Below, in pieces: positions 13,601-28,600 of a DNA stretch of 64,000 bases; the first letter of the stretch is position 1, and each line of letters begins with the position of its first letter. Position numbers and translations under genes: made by a program. This stretch comes from Lingula anatina (lineage: Eukaryota > Animalia > Brachiopoda). The notes below the pieces were generated by a model. It was not told the origin of the DNA. It ran no database searches and saw nothing but the letters and a program-made list of their open reading frames with translations. Location: NCBI GenBank assembly GCA_051362555.1, contig CM120648.1, positions 7,188,587-7,252,586 of the forward strand, read 5' to 3'.

Positions 13601-16600
13601 CAAATAGGCAATGGTTCATTACCTCTAAAATCTACCAATAGGTTTAAAGAAGAGGTGTTTATGATCTCATGTTGAGAGCATTTTTTTTCTTTCCTTCCTC
13701 TCAATGAATCAAATATACTAATTTACATAATTTGCCAAAGAGAAAAATTTAAACAGTACATGTTCAGACCATGTCTCATGTTACCGACAGTTGTTTGTCA
13801 TTTTCCTCCTACATCTTGGCCTAGCACAAGGCCATCATTGTGTGTTATAACTGAGTGTGTGTAGGTAGCATGGAGATTATGGAAAGGGTGATACGATAAA
13901 AGAGAATTTTTCCTCATCAGTTTTCCAAACACCAGATTAAAAATCATTGTGTTACTTTTTGTCCAAGTTCGTACATGCCCATTTATTCAAACTCTGCATC
14001 AGTAATTCGTATACCACATCAGTTGTTTACGAGTTTCCCAGGAATAATTCTTTGCAACGGATATTAGTGACGCACTTAAAACTAATTATTTTCTTCCTGA
14101 ACTCTCTGAACTTTGGTGAGGCCAACTTGTCAAATTGAAATGAATTTAATTGCTAGTTTCACAAGCAATAGGCAGAGACAGAATTGTTGATGAAAGTCAT
14201 GCTTTTTTTTTTCTATTCTGTCTATAAAATGTCCTGTTTAAAACACCTTTTTATCACACTGCTTTCATTTCGGCTTCACACAGCTTTTGTTACATTACGG
14301 AATACTTGTCAAAATAATTATAGTAATAAAAACAGTAAACCATCAATGAATCAAAACCAACTTCTGGTACTCTTAACAGATCTATAAAGAGCGCTTAGGT
14401 ACCCATTCTCCATATTAGTACACCTGATTTAATCTTAAACGGTTTCTTTATCATGCAATAAAAAACCTCTTTAGTTTCCCAGGGTCTAATACATGACTTT
14501 CCTCTCTTAACCTGGATATCAGTCTCCTGTGTGCCTTGCACATTAAAAGTCAGTCTACAATAGCTCGTAAAGGATCATGCAATAGACTAAATCGCCTGAC
14601 TTTGTTTTTCTATCCCCCCCCCCCGTCCCCTTTCTTCTACTTGTTCACTGATATTGTCCATGGAACAGACCAAACCAGACACAAGATCAGTTGAAAAGCC
14701 AGATCAAAATTGCCAATTTTCATCAACTTAATTGCCTCTCAAATAGATATTTTTTTCCTGCATGAAAAAAAAAATATTTGATCGACAAAAACCACAGGTG
14801 ACTTTCATCAACATCCCAGAGATCAATATTCCTGGTAACAAACATACAAGACAGAATTAATGAAAAAAAAGAAAAGAAAAGAAAGAAAAAAGAAATTCTA
14901 TCAAAGCATGAAGACATTAAAAATACCAGAAAAAAAAAAGATAAAAAAATAAGTGATTTGGCTAAGTTAGTATGTACACAACTCACAAATCATTTAAAGA
15001 GCGTAACTATCCACACATCAAGGTAAGCATATCATATAACAAGCTGCAGTGAGATCTTGACATTGAACAAGGATGGACTTCTAGATAACAGATCAATACT
15101 GCCATAATGTCATCCTGATCAATCAACCTAGCCATGGAGAAGAAGCTCGGATCGACTAGGGAAGCTTCAGAACTCCTGACTCCATTTTAGCTCTCAAATG
15201 TAAACCTAAGTGAACTAAATCTAAGACCCCATTTCCAGAGATTAGATCAATCTACTTTAGATCGACCTAACTCCCGGGGGGTTCATGCTAAATAGCTGTC
15301 AGCCGAGCTTACAGCTTGTAGTAGGCGGGATGGACATTTAAGCCCGATTATCTCACAGTAATCTAGTGAGACTCCCCGTGGAGATAGATTGATCTAAAAG
15401 CTCTGGGAATACAGCCTAATATTGATCGGTTTTGGACTAGTTCACAATCTCTCTATATCAAACAGAACATCAGTTCTCTGAAGAGTCTTTAAATTCACCT
15501 TACTCTTTAACCTTGCATATCATTTTTGTTATTATCATTATTAGTTTTGATATATTTAAGAAACAAGTTATTTATACCTGTCATTCATTCAAGCAGTGTT
15601 AAGGTCAGGTGAAAGTCAAAATATGACCTTGGCATTTGCTGAGGTCATGCCAAGGTCATTAACAGGCCGAACTCAGACCTGCCTGGGATAACATTTCAAA
15701 ATGCTACACCATTATACTCCAGAACCACCTTTTTCCCCAAAAAACTTACCATCTCGGTTAATGTCAAAGGGCACATCAGGGGTCACTATAAGGTAGCCGC
15801 AGACATTCTTGTATACTTCAGAGGCGTCCTTGTCCGTGGCCTTGACCTGGAGAACCTTTTCGTACATGATACCTTCCTGGACCTCTTCGGAGTACTGCAG
15901 GGCGTCCCATTCTGGGGCAAACTCATCAACATCCTCAACCAGTACAACCACCTCAGCCCTGGGGGAGAGAGAGGAATGGAAAATTTGATAACTAACCTGG
16001 TTAAGGATCCATAAATAACAAGGTCACACAGGCCTTATGTTTAACTAGGTCACAGCTACCTTTAACCAATATCAAATATGCTGTATGCACAAACAAGAGA
16101 AAAATGTCAACCACGATTACTGAAGCATTTCCCCATTTACATGATTATACAGCTTTTGTACCAAATTGTTATGCATGACTCAACTAATCTGTTCAATACT
16201 ATAATGCACCTTGAAAGCTCGAAGAGATAATCAATACAGAAGGAGATACAGTGTATACATACTTAACAGTTTGTGAACATGTGTAGAGCTAGCAGTAAAA
16301 TTAAAACAGTTTCCGAAGCCTTTCATTTTGATGGGCAATTAGCTGTGGTCACGTTACGTGTTTTGAAAATCCAGCATGCTTTCCTTTTTTTCTATAATTA
16401 ATTAATTTACTGCAAGTTCATTTGCGGAAAAAATTAGGAATTTACTCAAATTTGTGGCACCACCTGGTGGTGAAACACGGTCACAGTTGAAAACCCGTCT
16501 GCACCTAGTGGTGCAACGGAACAATACTTCTCATAATGACAGGTATTTCTTAATCATGTCCACAATTATCGTTGGAACACAAGAATATTCATTATCTCAC

Positions 16601-19600
16601 AATAAAATTCTAGCATCAATGACAGTAAATGCACTATGTATACAGCTCCAGAGATGAGTCATTGTCTAATCCCTTTACTACTTAATGCTTTGCTTTCGTA
16701 AGCCAGGCTATCAATTTAATGTCCCCTTTCCCAGTATGTATAAAAACATTTGAACTAATTCTTATCATGACTTATACTTGACACGTTAAATACTTCATCT
16801 GAAGCAAAAGAACATGTAAATTTTCGGGATGAATGTTTTAAATGATGAGAAAAAATGGTAATGGATTCAATCGGTTTGATACTAAATGATTGACAAGAGA
16901 GCAGGCTGGCATATCTGTTTATGAACAATGACTGTACTATATATGGTGCACACTAATGCTGGGGTCTACAAATTAATACTATGTTGGCACAAAAAAGTTG
17001 TACAAATTTATAATAATATTACTTTGAGCCAAACACAGTCAGCATTATTTCCAGTGGTCAAAATTTCCAGTAACCATTCATATATCTAAACCAATGCATA
17101 CATGCAGAAATGCTAAAGAAAATAAGACTTAGCCACAAAATTTAGACTTAGCCACAAAATTTTAAATATATGATATGAGAATCTCTGAATAGTGTCTGAA
17201 AAATGAAACCAAGAAAAATCACACAAAACAGGAAGACAAAAGTGAAAAACAACTTGCCACTTGCATGCTAATATGATGCAGCAAGGTGTGAATAAAAAGC
17301 TTAACAGGAATTGATTTTTCACTGAAAACTTGCAATAACATGCCAACAGTAAGGTATCAGAACGAAGTGATATGTCACCACCCAGGCACATCCAGTAACA
17401 GAGACAGTGAAACATTTCTTTACAACCAACTCCTTGGAAAGGACTATTTGACTGCTACCTAAACTTAAGCAGGGGAAAATCTGAAAGACATTCTTATTTA
17501 GCTACTAAAGTGTAAAATATTGCTATTTTTTCCACCATATATACCACTTATTTTATTCAAACAAGACATAAGCCAAGGTTAAAAGAAATCTCCGAGCATT
17601 TAATGTGGGACAAAAAAATTTAAATCCATGTTTAATCCGTGGTTGCTTTGGTCCCAATTAGAGCAGAATTAGAATTCTCAGACTTGTGTTTTCACACAAA
17701 AAAGCTCAAACGAGCTATAAATTTGAGTGAATTTGTGCTAATGGATGTATCCTTTGAGATCCCTTATTCAAGCAGGCTGACCAAGAAGGTTAACTGCAAT
17801 CAAATCATGTTAGTCATAAAATTATTGTTAAAATGACTTCAGTTACGTTTGTGAGAAGAGAAATGATATCAATATCATTATAACATGATAATGGTGACAT
17901 ACGCATAGCATTAATATGATCAGAAACTCTAGTGACAAACAAATTTCGAATGAAATTCAAGGGCATTTACGTTTTTGAGATGATCTTCAGTTTTCCACAG
18001 TCATAGGCACGGATTTGAAATCTGTATCTCTTTTTGTCTTCATAATCCAATTTTTCTCCTTGCTTCAGCTTTATGCGGGCTTCTCCAGTTTCTCTGTTCA
18101 ACAGCTCAATGTAAAACGGCGTCTTATTGTGTATAATGTCATAACCACAAATAAGACCTGAAAATTAATATACAAAATATGAAAAAATAAATTTCAAAAT
18201 ATTTATGGGCAAAGCCATACTATCACAGTTTATAACATTTCTACACCAAAATGTTTGAAATGCAACCATTCAAGTATTATTTTTTCAATATCTTGGCTAA
18301 AAAATATTTCATCTGATCAATTTTTTCATTATTAATATAGCAATTTTCATTAAGTCGAAGCGATGGGGAAAGGTGTTACCTTCTTTTGAATCATCTGCAT
18401 CTGTGGCAAATAGTTTTGGCTCTAGGTCCACCACAGTGCCAGACTCTGGTATCCAGCCATGGTACCTGGTCACTTGCTGACCTCTCTCGTCCACCAATAC
18501 TGGGGCATGTGCGTCATCAGCTGAAATGACAAGTACACACAGATATATATATATCTATAAATAAGACACAGTGACATTGCTATATAGAAAATAACACACA
18601 CACTATATAGTTATGCTATGGGTATAACTATTTATGCTGGAAATTCATTTTTTTTAATTTTCTTCTACCTCACAATCATTATAATTAATAATAATAATAA
18701 TAATTATTATTATAGTTGCTGTTAATATTATTATTATTATTGGGGAGGAGGGATATGAAATTTCATTATTTTTGTGATAAAAGACAATTTCTTTCACTCT
18801 TCACTTCAAAACATTTTCACTCTTTACTTTTTCTAGCCTTGCTGTAAATCTTAGTCTTAACATGCAAGTATGTGAACCATCAACACAAAATAAATGATAA
18901 ATGTCATTATATACAAACAGGAGTATTTGACAAATGTCATGTATTTCATATCATGTCACCCAGCGTGACAAAGTCTCTACTATCTTTGAAAACAATATCA
19001 TTTTTCCCACTGTGAACAAATGACAACTATGTTCAATCACAACACGTGACATTACACAATTTTTTTTCTTTTTTGACCTTTAAAATGTTAAGTTTTCCCA
19101 ACATGGCACAATTGCACAAAATTGTTATTACACACTTCTTTTTTGTTCTCAAGCTATTCTTGAGATTACCTTTGGCCTTTGTAAAAAGCAGGATTTTCTC
19201 ATGCTGTAAAAGCTGATATGATTCTTTTAAATTCATAAAATTTCACAACTTCTTTGACATGGTCATTTTAATTTCAAACCAAAGACTATTTTCTCTTTGG
19301 AAAAACATAGGTAACTATTAACTAGCAGGCGTGTGAAGTTATGAAAATGGCCAAGTTAATCACATCTGTTTGTAATGCCCTGAAAAAAATCTGAAGCCGG
19401 TTTGCCTTCAACTTGCGCAGAGTAATGTGAAATATATTTAAAATACTGAGAATTCAGCTGCTCACGCAGGACAAGATCTAATGTGGCATAAGAGTAAAAC
19501 CTCAACACAACTGTTGTTTTCAATCCATCTTTTTCTCTATTACAATTCAGCATGGCCCACGAACATGGAGAAGTAAAATCAATTCACCCAAAATGCGTCA

Positions 19601-22600
19601 ATAATACATGTTGACTTCCTATTAATTTTTTTCCTGCAGCGGTACAAGCATAGCTGAAAACCATAGTGGTCTCATGCCGACTCCCTCCCCTCCTCTCTAA
19701 AGCATTAAACAATGACTAACCCAAGCAACAGTGAACAACACAGATTTTAAACCATTTACCACATCAACTTCCACAAATTGATTTTCTAACCTCCTTATTG
19801 GCTCCAATGAATAACCCTCTCAGTTTTGGCCCCTTATGTATGGTGAGAACGAAGAAGTGAAATTCTCAGACATATTCAGTAGCCTTGCACCCTGGTACTG
19901 AAGAATATTCCAGCTTTTCTTTAGTGGTTTATGAAGGTGTAAGTTTGCTTTCAACATGTGTATCATCTACCTATTAGATTCAGGGTTGAGATTCTGCAGA
20001 TAACTAAGAGGTTGCTTGGCGCCATTGAATAACTTGTTTAAAAAAAACAGCGCAATTCTATCAGACTGTGACCCATATTATATTCTACTGATTTACAAAC
20101 TTTTTCCTTCAAAACGGATTTTTAAACATAATAAAAACAGTTAATTGGACTTACATATTAAATCAACATGTCTACCTTATTAACATAAAGGATAATTTTA
20201 TCAGGGCATTTCCACATTTCTAGATGCCTAAAAATTTAACTCTGAGAACCAATGACTTCTCAACAACTAGTGGACACCCTTTCGCGCTTGATCTCATTCC
20301 CAATCATCTGAAGATAAGAAGCAGCATTGTACCATTTTTCTTTGTATCTGCAAGCATGCAATGTTTGTGCAACAGATCACAAATTATTTTCTTACAAGCC
20401 ATCACATGCTGCCCACGGGCAAGACAACACACTGTCACCCTTAGGCAGTCGTCGTTCTTCGAAACCACAAGGCACAAAGTTCTCTACAAATACAAAGTGA
20501 TTCCAATCTCTCCAGGGAATATGCAATCCCTCCAATCGTAAAGTAGGTTTGTGTAAATCCAATTGCAGTAGAATGCACACATTCAAATGCACTATCATTC
20601 TTACAAACGCAACTAATTCTGCAACTGGCAAAAAACTGTGCAACAATAGTTCAGATCACTAAATTATGGTCCAGTGACAATTTTTCCCTGCCAATATAAA
20701 TCAAAATCAAATATCAAGAAAATGTTTTAAATTCTTTTTTTTTTTTTTTTTTTTGACCAGATGAAGTTACCTTCAGAGTTTGGTAAATATAAGACTAAAG
20801 ACTTCATCCCAACAGAAATAAAAAGATAAAACATTGTTCCAGAACACTGACGGAATTCTTCCGTCTCCTCAACCCAGTGGAATGTAACACAGTATTGATC
20901 AGAATCCATGTAATATTCATGAAGATGAAACACGGTTTTGTTTTTACCAATCAATTAGTGGAGCACTTGTGGCATTTCTCCAAACCGTAAGCCACTCTTC
21001 CGCGAGTTCCACTTAAAGACAGTTCCATATGTTGATTGGTTTAGGTATCCCTTTCAAGTAATTACTTGCAAATTTCAAACTCTACAATACTTCAATTTTC
21101 TAAAAAAATTTCTGTGATTAAGTAATTGTTCAAGGCATATAGGCATGTCCATATGCAGGTCAGGCACAAATAGTATTATATAATAAGCAAATAAATCTAA
21201 TTAATAAACTTACTGAATTACTCACTGGGGCTTACTCTCTGACACTGCCTTTTGAATCTTTCAAAACATCTTTACCAACAAATATATTTTTTGTATTGGG
21301 GAATATAGTAAAAATCAAGAAGCAAATCACTACCAACTGAAATTAGGAAAAGCAATTTCTGGAAGCTGACATATTTTGATTTTATGTTCAATTTCACTTT
21401 TATCACACTATTTACTTTATCATTTTTTGTTTCAATCAATCACACACACTGTCACACAAAAAAACTTTTTTCATTTTCTCTGAATTTAAGTATCCAATTA
21501 TGTCACACCAGCCTATATAAAGTTTTTCTCTTTCTTGTTTTTATCCGTACTAAGCACAGTTCCCAAAGGACATATCACTAACAGTGTCCATAACACCAAT
21601 ATTACAAAATCATTTAAAGCAATTGCATAACTGTTTTCATTTTCCAAATATTAAAGCCAGAAGCCCAATGCATTTCATTCTCTACAGCCATCAGAAATAT
21701 TTCTGATATTTATGCCAACCTGGGCCCACTATTTCAATTTCATATCCACACTTATCTCAACTGTTCATAATCCCCTTTGGACATGACAGTTTACATGTCT
21801 CTAGTGTTCCTATAGAAATATATACCTTTTACTACAGACAATGAACTAATAGATTGCGGGCTTTGATTGGGGGGGGGGGGGGGGGGGGGTCTTCTACTAC
21901 CAGACATATGGGCCCCATTTCCATAGACACCATCATTCTATGTAGATCGATCCAAATCTACGGGGACCCTTGTTGAATGCAATCAGCTTCACACAGAAAA
22001 GCTGGCAATCATACTGGTAGGTTGGGAACAAGAGGAGGAATGGGAAAGGTTTATATAAAAGCAACATTTTACAATGGTTGATGACATGTGCAAGATTCAA
22101 GAAAAATCTTTTTTTTTTTTTAATATCAGTCAATTTTAATGGTCTTCCTCTGTCTGTAGGCTAAGTGATTCATTTGTTGGCAGTACAGCAAGGTATTATA
22201 ATCTTCAAATGTATGTCATATTTATCAGTAGTGTTCAAGCACACCTGCTTTTGGTTTTTATCACCTCTGAACTCCTACTGTGACGGTAACATGCCAAAGC
22301 ACACACCTTCAGAACATTTAGCCATAACCTCATTTTCCAACTCTGCTGGAGAACTATAAAGGTTAAGTATTATCTCATCCAAAAATTCAGGTCAATTGGC
22401 TAAAAATGTAAATTAGGATGCACCTTGTTGTCTACCTTACAACACACCTGTCTTTGGTTATTGTCATCATACCTCTGAAAAATAATCTCTCTCCTGTTCC
22501 AGCAAATCAGTTATTTTCTCTTTTTTAAACCTTCCCAATATATTATAGTAAGAAGGCCAAAGGAAACAACAATGACCCCCTCTCTCCTCCCCTCTACACA

Positions 22601-25600
22601 TCAATAACATTTCATTTTAGTCCCAATCGAATGGACTCATACATATGACAATCTCTAAAGTAATCCATCCTTCAACCAAGACGGACCATGCTTTTCCTTG
22701 CATCCGCTAACATAAAGAAGCTGCAGAATCTTAGGCGAGACAAGTCCGTGTTGCTATAGCAACCAAAATGGCACTTCCTCCACTTAACTTTGGGGCTGAT
22801 TTAGTTACTTTGATGTTGTTTTTGCTTTCAAGCTGCTTGAAATGAAGTTTTCCTCACTTGACAAAAGATGTTAGGTTTCTTCATATAGAGTCATTAGTGG
22901 CATGTCCACAACAGTCCGGCCAGAGACGGAGTCCTTTATCATCCTAACCATTACTCCCTGGCTCATTCCTTTCAGTTGACCTCAGGGCAGAATTTCCTAG
23001 ATTAAAGCAATCTTATACAAATTCTCCTACCCTATTCTACATGTGGTTTGTCTGAATGCAACTACTGATACTATTGGGCATGTTAATCGATCCATATGTG
23101 CCTAGTGTGATCGTACCTGTCAGTCTAAAAATGGTTAAAATGCAGGTTTCTTGACAGCAGGTTCTGATTATAAACAAGCTGGGCTAGCTTGTCTTGTTAG
23201 CAAAGAGCACACAGTTATCAATTAGGTACCAATTTGTTCTCAGTTCTGGACAATTTATTGTAGGGTCTTTTATTGGCAACCTGTGTATATTTGAGCATGT
23301 CAGAAACTTGTGCTAGGCACTTGGCCAAACAAAAAAAAAAATAAAATGCCATGCCCTATTACAGGACTAAGACAGACTAGAACTAAGTTATGCTTTACTG
23401 ATATCATTCAACTTCTCTAACTCAACAATTTACTTGGTGGCTTTTTGGTATATTTTGATCATTTTTTCTTTCTTTCTAATTCCAGTTTGAAATATGATCA
23501 AATCAGTGGTCTTTGAACTCCTTTTCAAAGCACATAAAAAGATGGCATGACAGAGAATGTCTTGTTTTTATACCACTTCTCAACTTCTCAAACTGTGACA
23601 CAATCAAAATGTAACATTTGACATTTTCTGATTCTGGGGGGAAAAAAACTCAGGAAAATGAAAACTGTCTATTTCATCTCATGCAAAACCCAATATTACA
23701 AGGTCCCTTTTTATTGATTTGGACATGAACAGCAGGGGCCCATTTCTAATCTATCAGCAACATTTCACTTTTAACTTAATACCAAATGCTTCAACAGAAT
23801 ATTTTATTGTGACACCTTTCCATCTCTGAAGTTTTAGATGGCATACTAGTAACCCTCCTCCCTGATACAAAAGTTTTAGACAAAACAAAAGTGAGTTGTT
23901 TTGTTTGGCTTCATAAAGTTAAGAGATCATAATCACATTGTTGAGACAATATGCATTAAATTATGCCATCAAAAATTAACTCGAAATGCACCTCGTAACG
24001 ACACAAAGAACATCCTCGCTTTTAAAAGCACACACCAGTACTACTTCTTTTTAACCAAAATGACAATGTGCAAAGACTCGAAGTGAATTTTTGCGTGCTG
24101 GAGAGACCACCCATCATTGTTTAACTGCCTAGGTATATTCTGCAGTCTGCATGAAAGCCATTAAGTATGAAATCATCTGAATCAAACATGCAATCTCCTG
24201 TAGTCAGGAAAGACATCTATTTCTGTTACTTTGTCATATTTCATGCTTTTCTTGTCTCTTTTTTTTTTTTTTTTTTTTTCTAAGTTCTAAGGGGAATAAG
24301 TGTAGGGAAAACCTTAATACCTTGGAAGTCAGGAGTATTTTTCCACCACCACACATTTTTTTAAATAAGACTTGTGATACTACAATTGGTTACCAACACA
24401 TACTACTAAGGGGAGATTATAGATATGGATGCTGCTAAATAAATACCATAACTGCAGAAATCAAGAGAGAATTTTTTCATTGTTTTCATTACAAACAAAT
24501 TTCTATTTATCCCATCATTAAAAGGCCATACTTTCTTCTGATATTTGTAAATTTTATTTCATAAAAAACTTTGGCCTGTACTGCACAATTTCATTTCTCA
24601 TTGATTTTAGTACAAACTGATTCACTGAATGAGTAATCCCTTTTGTAATTTTTCTCATCGAAACAGAAGCTCTCGCTCTCCATCTCTCTCACTTAGCATT
24701 TCATGTTATTCATATTATTTTCCTGACTGATCATCTAAACTGAGCCATAGTCCTTGCTCCTGAAACTTGAACATTAAGTTTTCAACTTTAATCTCGTCTT
24801 TAGCAGATGCTACATGCAGAATATTAATTATGGAAGATCATTTTACACTGGTTATTTTGAATTTAAACAAATCCATTTTTTTTCCTGGCAAAATTTATTC
24901 TATCAATAAATATTTGCCATTTCAATAAATTAAAATCAAAAAATCATTTAGACATAAGTAGGTCCGAGGCCTGATGCACTGTTGTGAAACACTCATAGCA
25001 TCACATTGCCAACAGTGGCTTTTGGTCCGTTGTGCTTTACCCATGTACAACTGAATTCCCAGGGGCCCCCTCTTCCTATTCAACTTCATTATTGATCTGA
25101 TGAGGGGAAAATAATTACTCGGCCCATTTTGTTGTTTGAAGGTTTTCTATTAACTCTGCGCACTAAATTATGCATGAATTGCACACCTTTTTGCTGCACT
25201 CTGATTTCGTTTGAACCAGTACCTTTTGTATAAGTAGAACTATCCCAGTGTGTTTTAATGGCCATTTATTGAATCTAGTCGAACTAACACAGCAGTCTTA
25301 AGTTGCACTGAAATTGGTTTTTCGAATAACCATTTATGCCTGACCTTCTGAAAGGATTAAGACTGCTTTTTTCAATGTCAATTCTGTCATTGTGGCATAT
25401 CATTATCCACACTATTCTGAACCGCTAATCAAAGGGACTTCTGCCAAGTTTTTCAGGCAAAATTTTAAAGAGCCAGTCTGCAAAAGAACTTGTGTAAAAA
25501 AAGTATGTCTTAATTTACAACAGACTAAAAGCTGCTATATTTAAGTTGACTGCAGATTTATTTTGCTGCCTCTGCTGCAATGGGTGGCTACTAAATTAGA

Positions 25601-28600
25601 TCAATCCAAGTGGACAAAAAAACACGAGATATATTCCACAAAGATATGTGGAATCCATACAACATCCTATTAACAACTTCAGATATTTACACAACCACTG
25701 CTTTATTGCTACTTTTGGGGTGCAAAACAAATCCCATGTTTTGCCATTTATCCTATACGTGGGCAATGGGACACAGGAAACACAGTCTTCTAGAAAAAAC
25801 AGCTGTTCTCTTTCAGTTGATTTTAAGCAACAGCCACAAAACTTCTTCTGATGAAGAAGTAGGATGCACAGTTATTTGAACTTTTCACTTTAATTGATAC
25901 AGGAACATTATTTTACACTGAGATAAAAAGGATGATAAAATAATATTTATTCAATTCGGTATATAATTTGTAAATAACAACAAAATATAATAATAGTCAG
26001 CCATCTCATTTGAAACAAGGCGATCACCATTTAAGGTAAGTTATCGTTATGCTTTTAGTCTCTCTAGAGTGAAAAAGCTTGAAACCTCTCTTTGTTAATA
26101 ATTTCTGCTTTGAAAACCTTCAATCAATGCCAGGCCAAACATGCAACTAAAATAACAGAAATCAAAACTGCAAAACAAACACGATGAACTGTTCCTATTC
26201 TATACAGTCTCAAGCAATTTCAAAAGGGTATTCGGATATCTTCTCTTTCCATCAGTGTCCAACAACTGACAGGCGGTTGTTGATTGTTATCCTGTCCCTT
26301 CATAAATGATAATAAGAGTATAGACCGAGACCCAAAGGCACACTTCCTGGCATGTAGACAGAAATAAAACCCAAACCTACGCAATAAAAACGGCTTCCTT
26401 ATATAAGAGTGCCTTACTAAAGAAACTTTTTTAACATACTAGTTCAGGTGAGTCGTCACACGAAACCACCGCTGGTATCTCATTACACCATTATTATGAT
26501 AATTCCTCCAATCACACTTGTACTTTCTGACGCTCGTTATTTCCTGTAGCGTTCTCACATTATACCTTAATCAGCATAAGGTTCATTAAATATGCGGATA
26601 TGGAAAAAAAAGTCATGTTGGAGTACTTTTTTCAGCCTATGTAGTGTCAGGCTTTTGTTAAGAGAACTGACTTTATTTCCCACTTTTTGAAATTCCCCAT
26701 ATTGTTGGTTCATATCTTTCTGCCCCCCCCCCCCCTCCCCCCCAAAAAAAGGAAAAATTCAAAATTATGTAAAGATGAATAAAGTACTGAAAAAATAATC
26801 CCATTCTGGACTTTTTGACAGGCACAATCATTTTGAAACAGCCAAATGACACCCCATAGGACAGTTGACCTACATACAATATATACTTTAGAAAAAGGTT
26901 CGTGATAATCAGTTGCAACATGCCATTTATTAATCATCTTTCAATCCAACACCATTTACTTCTATGTTCAGACTGCTTACAAATTGAAAAACGACTTGAT
27001 TCAAATATTATTGCCAGACAGACACTAAGCTATAAGAGACAATTACTTTTTACCCTGAAACACACAGAAGTGGCTTTTCTCTTTAGTTCTCTCTAACAGG
27101 AATTATGGTTTTTTGACATTGTCAATGTTCCGTGATTGTGTCATAACTATTTTAGATCTTGAAATTTGCCTCCTTTGGTTAATAAATTGAAGCTCAACTT
27201 CCTCTGATGAAGCTATACCTATGGTTCACTTCCAGCCCTTTGAGATTTTTCACAAAAATGTGGCTTCGCTGTTTTCTAAGAAGACAACACGTGTGAACTC
27301 AACGCAACCAAAAATCCATTTCTGTGGCTGACACTGTTAAAGCAATCAATTTGTTTCACAACCAGCGAAACCAACATTTCATAACTGCAGAGTACAGATT
27401 CATTGTCTGAAGACATCAGAGGTGTTCACTTTCACCGAAGCCAACGAATGCTTAGTCTGATAATCAGGTCCTAAACATAACGCCTATAGAAAGCACCAAC
27501 TGGCTATTATCGAAGCCATAAAAATAATCCTCCCTTAATCAAATGACAATCTTTGTCTTGCATACAGAAAAAAAAAAAAAAAAAACAATTAAAAAATATA
27601 TATATATTTGAAAATCCCTGAATCCGACATGTCCATATTAGGTGAAGAACTTTTAAAAATTATACAGAGGTCCATTTTCTCAGTGAAAAAAAAAAGAAAA
27701 AAGAAAAAATGTAAGTGGAGAACTCCCTTCTGAAAAAATTTTCTAGACCTTCAAATTTTCAAGTTTCTACAGTATGAGGCACAGGTTGTTGTTATGGGCC
27801 AGAGGTACATATTGCTGTAAGACCCTAAGGTCGAGTCGCATCTTTTTAATGGTAATATAACAATCATAACCACACATAACCCTCAAATAGATTCTGATAG
27901 TGTCTTCCGCTTGCTTATTCTGAAAGGCTTCACATTTGTTCTCTTTCCACCAGAGTCTTCCTTCTAGGTAAGAAAGCCAATTTCCTTTATCTTTACTGCT
28001 GGCATTCAGTTGGGTGTTTCAGGAATATTGACAAGATGAACTACTAAACAATTTACATCTATTGAACAAGCCCTTCATCTCAAAATACAACACTTGCCTA
28101 TGAAAAATGTACAACAAGTGTAAAAAGTAAAAATTCAACCAGCATTTTCCAAAAATAAAAACAAATAAAAAAAGGGAGATTTCCATAGTTCATTTATAAA
28201 ATCTTAAATGATTTACTTATGAACCACTGACTTTGATTTTTTTTTTTCATTTTTGCAGAGCTATAGGTATTCTGTTTTTAAATTATTTTCCTTCTGTGAC
28301 ATTTGCTTTTTAGATAACTCACGACAAAAACCAACAGAAGAAGACAACTTAAGGAAAATATTCCTCTGAAACAAGTTGTCAACAACTATTTGATACTGAT
28401 TTGCTATCCAGTATCTGTACCAAAAGGTAAAATCAGGTTGCACCTAAGAACACCACCTGTACTTTGTACCACAACAATCTGATTTCACCACAGCTAGATG
28501 ATCCCTATTAGTCCCTTCTGAGGCAGGTGCACTTAGTCAGAAGGAACATTCACACAGCATCCAACATGCAAACAAATCTGGTTCTCCATAAGCAAAAGTT

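Noticed and set aside
27780-27845. tRNA/SINE-like A- and B-box resemblance (tgggccagagg...ggtcgagtc)
   Set aside because: Boxes are degenerate, no cloverleaf can be formed, and there is no second copy in the window.
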